Source: Gemmatimonadota bacterium (GTDB lineage Bacteria; Gemmatimonadota; Gemmatimonadetes; Gemmatimonadales; GWC2-71-9). From it: 45,101 nt of DNA. The position numbers and the translations under genes were made by a program. Location of the stretch: assembly GCA_039588295.1 (NCBI GenBank), contig JBDHAB010000022.1:1-45101 (forward strand). The letters are read 5' to 3'. This document shows positions 36,546 through 45,101 of this stretch, in pieces; the first letter of the stretch is position 1; each line of letters opens with the position of its first letter. The notes below the pieces were generated by a model. That model was given only the letters and a program-made list of their open reading frames with translations. It searched no databases and was not told the DNA's origin.

Positions 36546-38438
36546 ATGTCCCTGCTCGACACGATTCACAGCTTCGTCGACGTCCGGGACCTCCCGCGCG
36601 AGGAGCTGCAGCCGCTCGCCGATGAGGTGCGCCAGCGCCTGATCGAGGTGGTATCGCAGACGGGTGGGCACATCGGGGCCGGGTTGGGTGTGGTGGAGTT
36701 GACCATTGCCCTCGCGCACGCCTTCGAGTCCCCGCGCGACAAGATCGTGTGGGACGTGGGGCATCAGGGCTATCCGTGGAAGGTCATCACGGGTCGCAAC
36801 GACCGACTGCCGACCCTGCGGCAAGAGAACGGTCTTTCGGGATTCCTGCGCCGTGCGGAAAGCGAACACGACATGTTCGGGGCCGGGCACGCCGGCACGG
36901 CCATGTCGGCGGCGTACGGCATGGCGGCCGCCCGCGATTTGATGGGTGAGGGGTATCACGTCGTGGCGGTGGTCGGCGACGGTTCGATGACGTGCGGGCT
37001 CTCGTACGAAGCGATGAACAACGCCGGGGACTCCGAACGCGACATCATCATGGTGTTGAATGACAACGGGATGTCGATCGCGCCCAACGTCGGGGCCATC
37101 AACAAGTATCTCGGTTCCGCGATCGCGAGCCCGTTCACCAATCGGATGCGGCAGCACGTGAAGCACTTGATCGAGAAGGCGTCGCATCTGGTGGGTGGCA
37201 ACCGCATGGTCGAGTTCGCCCGGACCGTGGAAGAGAGTATCAAGAACCTGTGGTCGCCGGGGATGCTCTTCGAGGAACTGGGGTTCCGGTATTTCGGGCC
37301 GATCGACGGACACAACATCGACGCCATGCTCAAGACGTTCGAGCTCGTCAAGACGCTTGACGGGTCCCGCGTCGTTCATGTGGTGACTGAGAAGGGGAAG
37401 GGGTTCCCCCTCAAGGAGCCCCACCCCGAGAAGTTCCACGCAAGGAACCCCTACGATCCCGTCACGGGCGTTGTGCGGCCAACGTCGTCGAGCTCGGCGA
37501 GCTGGACGAACGTGTTCGGGACCGCGATCTCCGAGTTAGCCGCGGAGTACCCGAAGGTCGTCGCGATCACGGCCGCCATGCCGTCGGGCACCGGCACCGA
37601 CATCTTCCAGGAGCGGTGGCCGGACCGGTTCTTCGATGTCGGGATTGCGGAAGGCCATGCGACGACGTTCGCGGCGGGGCTCGCGACACAGGGACTGCGG
37701 CCCATCGTGGCGATCTACTCGACGTTCCTGCAGCGAGCGTTCGACAACATCATTCACGATGTGGCGATCCAGAATCTTCCCGTCACGTTCTGCATGGACC
37801 GCGCTGGGATGGTTGGAGCGGATGGACAGACCCACATGGGTCTGTACGACATCGCCTACATGCTGGCGGTGCCGAACATGACCGTGACGGCGCCCAAAGA
37901 CGGAGCGGAACTGATCGGACTGCTTCGCTGCGCCCTCGAGCGCGACGGGCCGTTCTGCACGCGCTACCCGCGCGACAGCGTGCATGGTGAAGTACCGCAG
38001 GTTGCGGACATTGCCGCCACACCGTTCGGGACGTGGGAAATCCTGCGGCAAGGTCGAGACACGGCGATGCTCGCCGTGGGCGTCATGTGTCAGCCGGCAC
38101 TCGAGGCGGCGGAGGCACTGGCGCGGGACGGGATCGACGTGACGGTCGTAAATTGCCGGTTCATGAAGCCGCTCGACCGCGCGATGCTCATGGAGCTGGC
38201 GCGCGGGCATCGGCTGTTGGTCACCGTCGAAGACGGCGTGGAGGTGAACGGCTTCGGTGCCCACGTTGCCGCTGCGGTGGCGGCAGGCGACGTGCGAGTG
38301 ACAGTGATCGGTGCGCCCGACCGGACCTATGGGCACGCTCCGCGTGCCCGCCAATTGGCCGAGGTGGGCCTTTCCGCGGAAGGGCTCGTGGAGCGAGTTC
38401 GCGCCCTCACCGCCGAGGAGACGCTCAGCGCACGATGA
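36546..38438 (+). CDS. dxs: 1-deoxy-D-xylulose-5-phosphate synthase
   Basis: GGHIGAGLGVVELT, WDVGHQ, GDGS...NDN, YFGPIDGH, DVGIAEGHA, YSTFLQRAFD. Confidence 0.97.
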   Translation: MSLLDTIHSFVDVRDLPREELQPLADEVRQRLIEVVSQTGGHIGAGLGVVELTIALAHAFESPRDKIVWDVGHQGYPWKVITGRNDRLPTLRQENGLSGFLRRAESEHDMFGAGHAGTAMSAAYGMAAARDLMGEGYHVVAVVGDGSMTCGLSYEAMNNAGDSERDIIMVLNDNGMSIAPNVGAINKYLGSAIASPFTNRMRQHVKHLIEKASHLVGGNRMVEFARTVEESIKNLWSPGMLFEELGFRYFGPIDGHNIDAMLKTFELVKTLDGSRVVHVVTEKGKGFPLKEPHPEKFHARNPYDPVTGVVRPTSSSSASWTNVFGTAISELAAEYPKVVAITAAMPSGTGTDIFQERWPDRFFDVGIAEGHATTFAAGLATQGLRPIVAIYSTFLQRAFDNIIHDVAIQNLPVTFCMDRAGMVGADGQTHMGLYDIAYMLAVPNMTVTAPKDGAELIGLLRCALERDGPFCTRYPRDSVHGEVPQVADIAATPFGTWEILRQGRDTAMLAVGVMCQPALEAAEALARDGIDVTVVNCRFMKPLDRAMLMELARGHRLLVTVEDGVEVNGFGAHVAAAVAAGDVRVTVIGAPDRTYGHAPRARQLAEVGLSAEGLVERVRALTAEETLSAR

Positions 38439-39319
38439 GAATCGGGGTCGTTGGCAACCAACGCTACGGCGAGCTCAGCCGTGTACTCCCACGGCTGGCC
38501 CGATACGTTGCCGCGAACGGGCATGCGATCGCTGCCGAGTCGGATCTCGTGACGTACTGGTCGGAACCCGTCGAGGTGTTGGATCCCGACAACCCGGCCA
38601 TCGACCTGCTGGTCACGTTCGGTGGCGACGGCACACTACTCCGCGGCGCTCGGCTCCTCGGCGACGTAGAAGTCCCGATTCTCGCCTTCAATCTGGGGCA
38701 GATCGGCTTTCTCACGTCGACCAAGTCGGAGGCGATCGAGGACGCGTTGGATGCGGTGAGTCGCAACGAGTACGGTGTGGAGCGTCGCTTCACGATCGGT
38801 GCGCATGTGCAGTCGGTGGAGGGCGACCAGCGACGCAGCGAGGTGGCCGTCAATGACGTCGTGGTCCATAAGCCCGACTCCGTCCGGATCATTCGCGTTC
38901 GAGTCTCGGTGGAGGGGGAGCACGTCGGCCAATACACCGCCGACGGCGTGATCGTGGCTACCCCCGCCGGATCGACCGCGTACTCGTTGAGCGCCGGCGG
39001 TCCCGTCCTGCTGCCCGATGTCGACGCCCTTGTCGTGACGGCCGTCTCGCCGCACACGCTTCGCGTGCGCCCGATTGTAGCGCCCGGGGCGGCCGAAGTG
39101 ACGCTCGAGATCGTACCGCGCGGGACGGAGCACGCGCTCATCTCGGTCGACGGACAGCCGGGTGGCACGCTCGAGGGCGGCGAGCGGCTGACGGTGCGCC
39201 GCACTCCCCGGGCGGTGCATCTGGTACGGTTGGGGCAAGAAGGTTTCTTCACACGGATGCGGCAGAAGCTAGAATGGGGCGACCTGAGCGATCGGGAGTC
39301 CACAATCCGTGCTGACTGA
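38435..39319 (+). CDS. nadK: NAD kinase
   Basis: FGGDGTLL, NLGQIGFL, VND, ADGVIVATPAGSTAYSLSAGGP. Confidence 0.95.
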   Translation: MRIGVVGNQRYGELSRVLPRLARYVAANGHAIAAESDLVTYWSEPVEVLDPDNPAIDLLVTFGGDGTLLRGARLLGDVEVPILAFNLGQIGFLTSTKSEAIEDALDAVSRNEYGVERRFTIGAHVQSVEGDQRRSEVAVNDVVVHKPDSVRIIRVRVSVEGEHVGQYTADGVIVATPAGSTAYSLSAGGPVLLPDVDALVVTAVSPHTLRVRPIVAPGAAEVTLEIVPRGTEHALISVDGQPGGTLEGGERLTVRRTPRAVHLVRLGQEGFFTRMRQKLEWGDLSDRESTIRAD

Positions 39320-40985
39320 GCTTCGCGTCCGCGATCTCGCCGTCATCGCGGATGTCCTGCTCCCTTTCAAACCGGGCTTGAACGTGCTCACCGGCGAGAC
39401 CGGGGCAGGGAAGTCCATGCTCATCGATGCGCTGGCTTTACTGCTCGGTGAACGCGCCAGCGCCGACCTCGTGCGGCCCGGCGCCGACCGCGCGGTCGTC
39501 GAGGCGGCGTTCGATGTCCCGGCCGAAGGTGCGTTTCAGGCGGCGGCCGATCAACTGGGCATCGAACCCGAAGACGGCCGGCTGGTCGTACGTCGCGAAA
39601 TCAATATGGAGGGCCGCAACCGTGCCTGGGCGAACGGCAGCCCGACGACCGTTGCGGCACTGGCCACCCTCGGCCGGCTCCTGGTGGACCTCCATGGCCA
39701 GCATGAGGCGCAATCGCTGCTCAAGCCATCGGCCCAACGGGACATGCTCGATGCGTTTGGCAATGCGGCGACGGAGCGGACGCGCGTCAGCGAGCTGTAC
39801 GAGACCGTCGCGCGCTTCACCGCGCAGGAATCCGAACTCGTTGCGCGGCGCGACGATGTGCGCAAGCGCGCCGACTACCTGCGTCATGTGGTCAAGGAGA
39901 TCACCGATGCCGCACCACGCCCGGGTGAGGGCGAGGCGCTCGCGATCGAGGCCAAGCGGCTCGCCAACATCGAGGACGTGACTCAACTCACCGAGCGCAT
40001 CGCTGGCTTGCTGGAAGACGCGGACGAACGAGCGGCGCTCGCCTCGCTCAGCCAGGCCGAAAAGGCCCTGGACCAGCTCGAGCGGATCGATGCCAGTGTG
40101 GCGAGTTGGCGCGAGTTGCTGGACGGGGCGTATGCCAACCTGCAGGAGCTCCTCCTGGCGGTTCGAGCGTACGCGGGGGAGGTGGATCTCGATCCCGGTC
40201 GGCTCGAGGAGGTAGAGCGACGTCGCGACACGCTGTATCGCCTGGCCCAGAAGTATGGCCCCACCATCGAAGACGTTCCGCACACGGCGGAGCAGGCGCG
40301 GCAAGAGCTGGACCTGCTGGATACGGCGGATCTCGATCTGGGGACGCTGAGTACGCAGCGTGCGGAGGCGGAGCGTGGCCTGACCGATGCCACTGCCACC
40401 TTGACCGGAAAGCGCAAGCGAGCCGCGACGAAACTCGCGAAGGCGGTGGGGCACCTGCTTCCCGGGTTGGGGATGCCGAACGGGGAGTTTCGGGTGGATG
40501 TGACCCCCGCACCAAAGGTCACGTCGGCCGGTGCGGATGTGGTCACGTTTGTGGTGCAGCTCAACCCCGGGATGGACGCGCGCCCGTTGATGCAGGTGGC
40601 GAGTGGTGGGGAACTATCGCGGATCATGCTGGCGCTCAAGGTCGTGCTGGCCGCCCACGATGCCATTCCGACGCTCGTGTTCGACGAGGTCGATCAAGGT
40701 ATCGGTGGTGAGGTGGCCGTCAAACTCGCCGATGCGTTGAGTGACGTGGCAGCAGCACGCCAGGTCTTGGTCATCACGCACCTCCCACCCATTGCCGCGC
40801 GCGCTGCCAACCATCTCTCGGTGGCCAAACGGCCGCGTGGCGGCGTCGCGACTGCGGATGTCCGGTCCCTCGATGGTGACGCGCGGGTGCAGGAGCTCGC
40901 CCGAATGCTGGGCGGGGCCAGAGATCCCGTGGTGGTGAAGCATGCGAAGGGGTTGCTGCAACGCAGAGGTCGTGTGCGGACCTGA
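39309..40985 (+). CDS. recN: DNA repair protein RecN
   Basis: LTGETGAGKS, DLHGQHE, ASGGELSRIMLA, LVFDEVD, ITHLP. Confidence 0.96.
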   Translation: MLTELRVRDLAVIADVLLPFKPGLNVLTGETGAGKSMLIDALALLLGERASADLVRPGADRAVVEAAFDVPAEGAFQAAADQLGIEPEDGRLVVRREINMEGRNRAWANGSPTTVAALATLGRLLVDLHGQHEAQSLLKPSAQRDMLDAFGNAATERTRVSELYETVARFTAQESELVARRDDVRKRADYLRHVVKEITDAAPRPGEGEALAIEAKRLANIEDVTQLTERIAGLLEDADERAALASLSQAEKALDQLERIDASVASWRELLDGAYANLQELLLAVRAYAGEVDLDPGRLEEVERRRDTLYRLAQKYGPTIEDVPHTAEQARQELDLLDTADLDLGTLSTQRAEAERGLTDATATLTGKRKRAATKLAKAVGHLLPGLGMPNGEFRVDVTPAPKVTSAGADVVTFVVQLNPGMDARPLMQVASGGELSRIMLALKVVLAAHDAIPTLVFDEVDQGIGGEVAVKLADALSDVAAARQVLVITHLPPIAARAANHLSVAKRPRGGVATADVRSLDGDARVQELARMLGGARDPVVVKHAKGLLQRRGRVRT

Positions 40986-40988
40986 CCG

Positions 40989-42617
40989 CTATTCGGTAGC
41001 TGCTCCTCCAAACAGTCTCCAGAACAACCGTAGGTAGAAGCCGAGCGTCGTGCTCTTCGGTGTCTGACCGCCGGATCCAGAAAACGTCGCGCGGTAGTCG
41101 ATGCCGGCTTCGACGGGCAGCGTGGGTCCGCTGCGCGCGCTGGTTGCCCGGTAGGCAATCCCGCCCCCGAACGAGAGCGTGCGCCGCTCGGTCTCGAAGC
41201 CCAGGTCCGCGGGATCCACGGTCGCGCTCGGTTGGGCTCCGCTGCTGAGCGCGAAGCCGTCGGCGGACTTCCGGTAGTAGTGCATCGAGCCGTACACGAC
41301 GAAGGAGTCGTTCAGACGCAGCGACGGAAAGACGCCGATCCGCAGCTCGTCGCCCAGGTTGCGTTCGACATCGGCCCGAGTATCGAGCGGTGCGAGCGGT
41401 TGGTCGTGCGCGGTCACTCGACGAGGGAGGTTGTCGGCGAGCTGCAGCGTGTACGACGCTCCCGCTGCGAGAGCCAGGAACGCGCCCGGTTCCCAGGCGG
41501 CCTCGAGCCCCATGATCACGTCCATTTGGCGATCGCCGCTCCCGATGTCGGTGAAGTGATCCGGGAGGTCTCGAGTCCCGGTCGGGAGCCGGACCGTCGT
41601 CGATACCAGAGTTCGCAACTGACGCTTCCGCAGGAGGCCGATCCTGAGGCCGACTGCGGCATCGCCCAGGGCCTGCCGCAGTTTGGAGAACTGGAGGGGT
41701 GATGCCTCGTACCCGAATCCGGCTCCCGTCAGGACCCCGTTGATGTCGTCCGCTGCCAGGCGTCCGTTGGGGAGCGGCAGGGTGGCGGTGACCGCGGGTG
41801 CGCCAAGGGTCTGCAGTTCCACGGCCAGGTTTTGAATCGTGGCGAGCAGCGCCAGCCCGGAGCTCGAGGAGGCCAGCGGTGCAAACGGTGGCAGCACGGT
41901 GCTCAGGTTACCCGCCGCGTCGGCGCCCGACAGCGTCGTTACATCGAGTGCAATCTGGCGTGCGCGCGTCACCGCGCTGCGCGCCTGATCGCAGATCGGT
42001 CCGGCGGGACAGTCATACCCGCCCGCCGAGATCTGCGCCTCGACGGACTGCGCGGCTGCCTCCAACTGGGTGAGCAGGGCCTGGATTTCGCCGAGCGCCG
42101 CCGCGTTGCCGGCTTGTGAGGCGATCTGATTCCATCCGACGTTGGACGATGTCGAATCGACCACGAACGACACCTGGGACCGCGTCGTGACGAATGGAAC
42201 CGACGCGCTCAGGCTCAGCCAGTCGGTGATGCCGAAGTGGAGCTCGAGTGGAAACCGCCGCACGTCGGCCTCGAGTGTCGTGCGAAACGCGCCGGCGTTC
42301 GTTGCGTACGCGGAATCTCCGGTGAGGGAGCGGACTGCCTGCTCGGACAGTGCGATGGTCGGAAACAGCCGCACGCCGGCCGTACTGTCCGAGAAATCGG
42401 TTCCCAGCGCCTCGACGTTGTCTGCCGCGTCGAAGCGTTCGCGTGCGTTCCAGTACTGCGGCTCGAAGCTGATCCGCAGGACGCCGCGAGGGACGAGTCG
42501 CGCATCGGGGTATTGGGCGCGCGCATTGGAGGCGTCCGTGCCGGCAACGATCGCCGTTGCCGCGAGCGCGGCGGCAACACGAACGAGGCATCGGGACGCG
42601 CGGGTAGGGTGGGTCAT
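40989..42617 (-). CDS. Secreted hypothetical protein, probable outer-membrane beta-barrel with an inserted helical domain
   Basis: Signal peptide (...AAALAATAIVAG...ARA-Q). Alternating amphipathic strands (LELHFGITDWLSLSASVPF; GDAAVGLRIGL; VRLPTG; GSGD; GFYLRLFWRLF). ATG 42617 preferred over 42743, which overlaps the upstream gene. Confidence 0.7.
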   Translation of the reverse strand: MTHPTRASRCLVRVAAALAATAIVAGTDASNARAQYPDARLVPRGVLRISFEPQYWNARERFDAADNVEALGTDFSDSTAGVRLFPTIALSEQAVRSLTGDSAYATNAGAFRTTLEADVRRFPLELHFGITDWLSLSASVPFVTTRSQVSFVVDSTSSNVGWNQIASQAGNAAALGEIQALLTQLEAAAQSVEAQISAGGYDCPAGPICDQARSAVTRARQIALDVTTLSGADAAGNLSTVLPPFAPLASSSSGLALLATIQNLAVELQTLGAPAVTATLPLPNGRLAADDINGVLTGAGFGYEASPLQFSKLRQALGDAAVGLRIGLLRKRQLRTLVSTTVRLPTGTRDLPDHFTDIGSGDRQMDVIMGLEAAWEPGAFLALAAGASYTLQLADNLPRRVTAHDQPLAPLDTRADVERNLGDELRIGVFPSLRLNDSFVVYGSMHYYRKSADGFALSSGAQPSATVDPADLGFETERRTLSFGGGIAYRATSARSGPTLPVEAGIDYRATFSGSGGQTPKSTTLGFYLRLFWRLFGGAATE

Positions 42618-42636
42618 TGGTCGCGGGAATCTACCG

Positions 42637-42674
42637 CAAAGCAAGAGGCTCACCAAGGTGAGCCTCCCGCTTTG
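42637..42674 (-). terminator. Intrinsic terminator-like hairpin after the SGNH gene
   Basis: Minus-strand CAAAGCGGGAGGCUCACC-UU-GGUGAGCCUCUUGCUUUG. The two mismatches form G.U pairs only on the minus strand. Confidence 0.75.
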
Positions 42675-42696
42675 ATCGAACCCGAAGCCCCAACGA

Positions 42697-43953
42697 TCAG
42701 GGCGCGGCGACCGACGTGCCGTACTCCGCATTGATGGCCACAATCATGGCTGCGGCCACTGCGTCATGCAAGGTCGCGCTCCAGTGAATGCCGTCGATAC
42801 TCAAAGCGAACCCGAACGGCTGCGTTTCGTGTTGTGGATCGGCAGGGTCGAAGGCCGGGAATGGCCGAAAGGCGCCGGCGGTGGCCGCGAGCCCCGTGAA
42901 GACGGGGGCAGGATCCAAGTATGCCCAACCGCGCGCCGTGGCTTCTGCTTCGATAGCGGCGTTGTACGCGGCCAGGGTCGCCAGGACATTGCCCAGTTCC
43001 GCTGCAGTGATGGCTTGTGCGTCCGTGCAGTCCAGCGCAGCGGGGATCACGTCGATGGGGTTCAACAGGCCGTTCTGCACGGAGTCGACTTTTGCGTTGG
43101 CCAATGCTAAGAGGCCGCCGCCAACCGGGAATGGCACGAATGCCGTGGCGCACGCTGCGTTCACGTCGAAAAAGTTGAGCGGGGCGGTCTGCCCATCGAA
43201 GAACAGCTCAAACTGCTGCCACGCGGCCCCCGCTGTGAAGAAAGGAGCGCTGACAGTAGTGGCATCGACAAAGACGGGCTGCACGCCGATCAGCACGCCG
43301 CCTTGAATCGTAGCCAGAGCCTCGAGCTGATCGAGCATGTCGCCGTATCGCGTGGCAAACGTCGCAGGAGCCGTGATCAGCGCTGGATCGCCCGGATTCG
43401 CCTCATTCGCCAGCGCACCCAATATATCATTGGACCCGATGGCGATTGACACAAAGGTCGGCTGCGCGTCGGCTGCTGCCTCGAGCTGGGTACGGCCACC
43501 AAGAATGAAGCTCGTGAGGGTGTTGGGGTCACTGTCAGGATCGAGATTGCTGAGTATGTCGATGACGGCCGCTCCAGGCACCGCCACGTTGTTGATGCGC
43601 GTGGGGATCGGCGTTACGCGAGCGGCGCATGGTGGAGCGTTGGGCCCGCCAAGGGTCTCCTGCGTGAAAATGTTCGTGAATGGCGGTGGGCATCCCGGCT
43701 TGTTGAGCAGCGGTATTTCGAACTCCGTCTGGAACTGCTGGGCCAGCAGCACCGCATACGACTGCAGCTGTGTGCTGTCGTTGATGCCACCCGACTGAAA
43801 TCCGGCCGTGAGGCTGGCCCCCATTGCCACGTACCGGTTGAACATCGGGTCCACCGCGTCCGGCGGATTGAGCACATCATCGTCGCATGCGACGATGAAG
43901 ACGGCGATCAGCAGTGCCAACGCCGCACGGCTCAAGATCTTTCGGCGAACCAT
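42697..43953 (-). CDS. SGNH/GDSL-family hydrolase lipoprotein
   Basis: Lipobox IVAC after a basic/hydrophobic signal. Block I YVAMGASLTAG, block II NVAVPGA, block III IGSND, block V DGIH. AGAGGAG RBS before ATG 43953. Confidence 0.88.
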   Translation of the reverse strand: MVRRKILSRAALALLIAVFIVACDDDVLNPPDAVDPMFNRYVAMGASLTAGFQSGGINDSTQLQSYAVLLAQQFQTEFEIPLLNKPGCPPPFTNIFTQETLGGPNAPPCAARVTPIPTRINNVAVPGAAVIDILSNLDPDSDPNTLTSFILGGRTQLEAAADAQPTFVSIAIGSNDILGALANEANPGDPALITAPATFATRYGDMLDQLEALATIQGGVLIGVQPVFVDATTVSAPFFTAGAAWQQFELFFDGQTAPLNFFDVNAACATAFVPFPVGGGLLALANAKVDSVQNGLLNPIDVIPAALDCTDAQAITAAELGNVLATLAAYNAAIEAEATARGWAYLDPAPVFTGLAATAGAFRPFPAFDPADPQHETQPFGFALSIDGIHWSATLHDAVAAAMIVAINAEYGTSVAAP

Positions 43954-43988
43954 AGCGAAATCTCCTCTATTTCCGTGGGTCGTTGCCA

Positions 43989-45101
43989 TTAGAACGCGGC
44001 GGTCAGCGTCACACCGAACAGGTGTGCATTGAACTTGTAGAGGCCGCTGTTCAGCTCGTTGATTACCTCCGTTGCCGTCATGCCAGGTTCCCGTTCAGCG
44101 ACCCGTCCACGGCGCTTGTACTGCCGGATGTACTGGTAGGCCACGTCGGCCGTGATCCTATCGCTGATCCTGAACCCGAGCCCGCCGGTGAACTCGTTCC
44201 GGGTTCCCTCTGGGAGGAGCGGTGTGACGGTCTCAGGTGGTGCGGCGCCCTGGTGGTGGAGATAGCCACCACGAAGCGTGAGCCTGTCGCTGGCCATCAC
44301 CTCGAGTCCCAGGCGGATGCCGTTGGTGTTTTGGTAACTTTCGGTGAGGACGGGGTCATCCGCGGCGTCGAGGTTCCCGAAATCCAGCCGCAGGGTGTCG
44401 AACAGCGCCCAGTGCACCCACTGCCATTCGGCCAACACCGTCAGGGCGTTGGTGGGGCTGACAGCTAGGCCTACCGAGATCTGATCCGGCATGGTGATGC
44501 TCGCGTCGCCAGTCTGTGCGCCCAGTGGTGCGCCCGTGGCGAACTGAGCGGTGAGGAGCGGGTCGATCGGCAGGGGCTGGGTCGGGTCGAGGCCGAGCGC
44601 CACCGAGATCGGGTTGCCCGGCGGCAGGACAATGTTCGTCGGGATCTGTTCGAATGTGGCTTCGCCATTGTAGGTGAGCTTGACTCGCGACAGGTAGCGC
44701 GCTCCAATGCTCACGGCTTCATGCGGTGTGAAGAGGACGCCGAAATTCCCACCGAAGCCGGTAGCATTATGTGCCTCCAGCTTGACGTCCGCAAAATCGG
44801 TGTGGAACGGGATGCCGAGGTTCCCAAAGGTGACGGTCTGTCCTGGGACCCCCTGCACGGAGAGATCGACGCGCTGTGTCAGTGTGACCGATCCCAGCGC
44901 AAAATCGAACCCGGCGCCGATGGCGATCATGGGATGGACCTGATACGCGAGAGTCGGCTGGAAATACAGAGAGCGGAGGTCGTTGTCGTACCCATTGAAC
45001 CGACCCTCGAAGGTGTCAGGCCATTTCGTGCCCAATCCGTACGGCACGAAGAACCCGATTCCGGCCGTCAGCTGCGGCGTGACGCCGTACGTGACATACG
45101 C
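43989..45101 (-). CDS. FadL/OmpP1-family outer-membrane transporter (5' end beyond the window)
   Basis: Frame open to the window edge (AYVTYGVTPQLTAGIGFFVPYGLGTKW), QPTLAYQV, GFGGNFG, MPDQISVG, LRGGY, C-terminal Phe. Confidence 0.88.
   Translation of the reverse strand, partial: AYVTYGVTPQLTAGIGFFVPYGLGTKWPDTFEGRFNGYDNDLRSLYFQPTLAYQVHPMIAIGAGFDFALGSVTLTQRVDLSVQGVPGQTVTFGNLGIPFHTDFADVKLEAHNATGFGGNFGVLFTPHEAVSIGARYLSRVKLTYNGEATFEQIPTNIVLPPGNPISVALGLDPTQPLPIDPLLTAQFATGAPLGAQTGDASITMPDQISVGLAVSPTNALTVLAEWQWVHWALFDTLRLDFGNLDAADDPVLTESYQNTNGIRLGLEVMASDRLTLRGGYLHHQGAAPPETVTPLLPEGTRNEFTGGLGFRISDRITADVAYQYIRQYKRRGRVAEREPGMTATEVINELNSGLYKFNAHLFGVTLTAAF

Noticed and set aside
33333..39319. Absence of ymdB after rny and of tlyA between dxs and nadK
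   Set aside because: Ordinary synteny variation in this cluster.
821..40961. Many long antisense/alternate-frame ORFs (e.g. 821-1852, 14558-15682, 22044-23117, 32414-33439, 39438-40454)
   Set aside because: Shadow ORFs expected from high GC3 codon usage. They overlap well-identified genes and show no recognisable motifs.

Overview
High-GC bacterial chromosomal window, almost entirely core/housekeeping genes. Gene order and protein style suggest Gemmatimonadota (inference, not verified). The + strand carries ~40 tightly packed, often translationally coupled genes: 3' end of a kbl-like gene, a MetX-homoserine dehydrogenase fusion, rocD, a Rhizobium-type asparaginase, obgE-dprA-hemW-hrcA-dnaJ-HIT, rpsU, mutS2-dnaG-Zn-ribbon-recJ-rsmD-coaD-pta, an RsbV/RsbW/RsbU-like partner-switching trio, rsmA, arcA-dnaQ-like-MBL hydrolase, infC-rpmI-rplT-pheST-zapB-like-zapA-rny-folD-xseAB-ispA-dxs-nadK-recN. 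The - strand carries a FadL-family porin (partial), an SGNH lipoprotein and a secreted putative beta-barrel protein. I saw no mobile element, CRISPR array, tRNA or rRNA, and no clear new multi-gene system. The most notable signals are: (1) a MetX-Hom fusion whose nucleophile Ser is Gly; (2) a tandem pair of non-canonical CIRCE-like operators (TTGACCACT-N9-GGTGGSTAA) before hrcA; (3) an L20-leader-like RNA and a probable CUG start for infC; (4) a MutS2 with a G-rich heptamer repeat where the KOW domain is expected; (5) an uncalled 42-aa ORF coupled to a small membrane protein; (6) the FadL/SGNH/barrel module.
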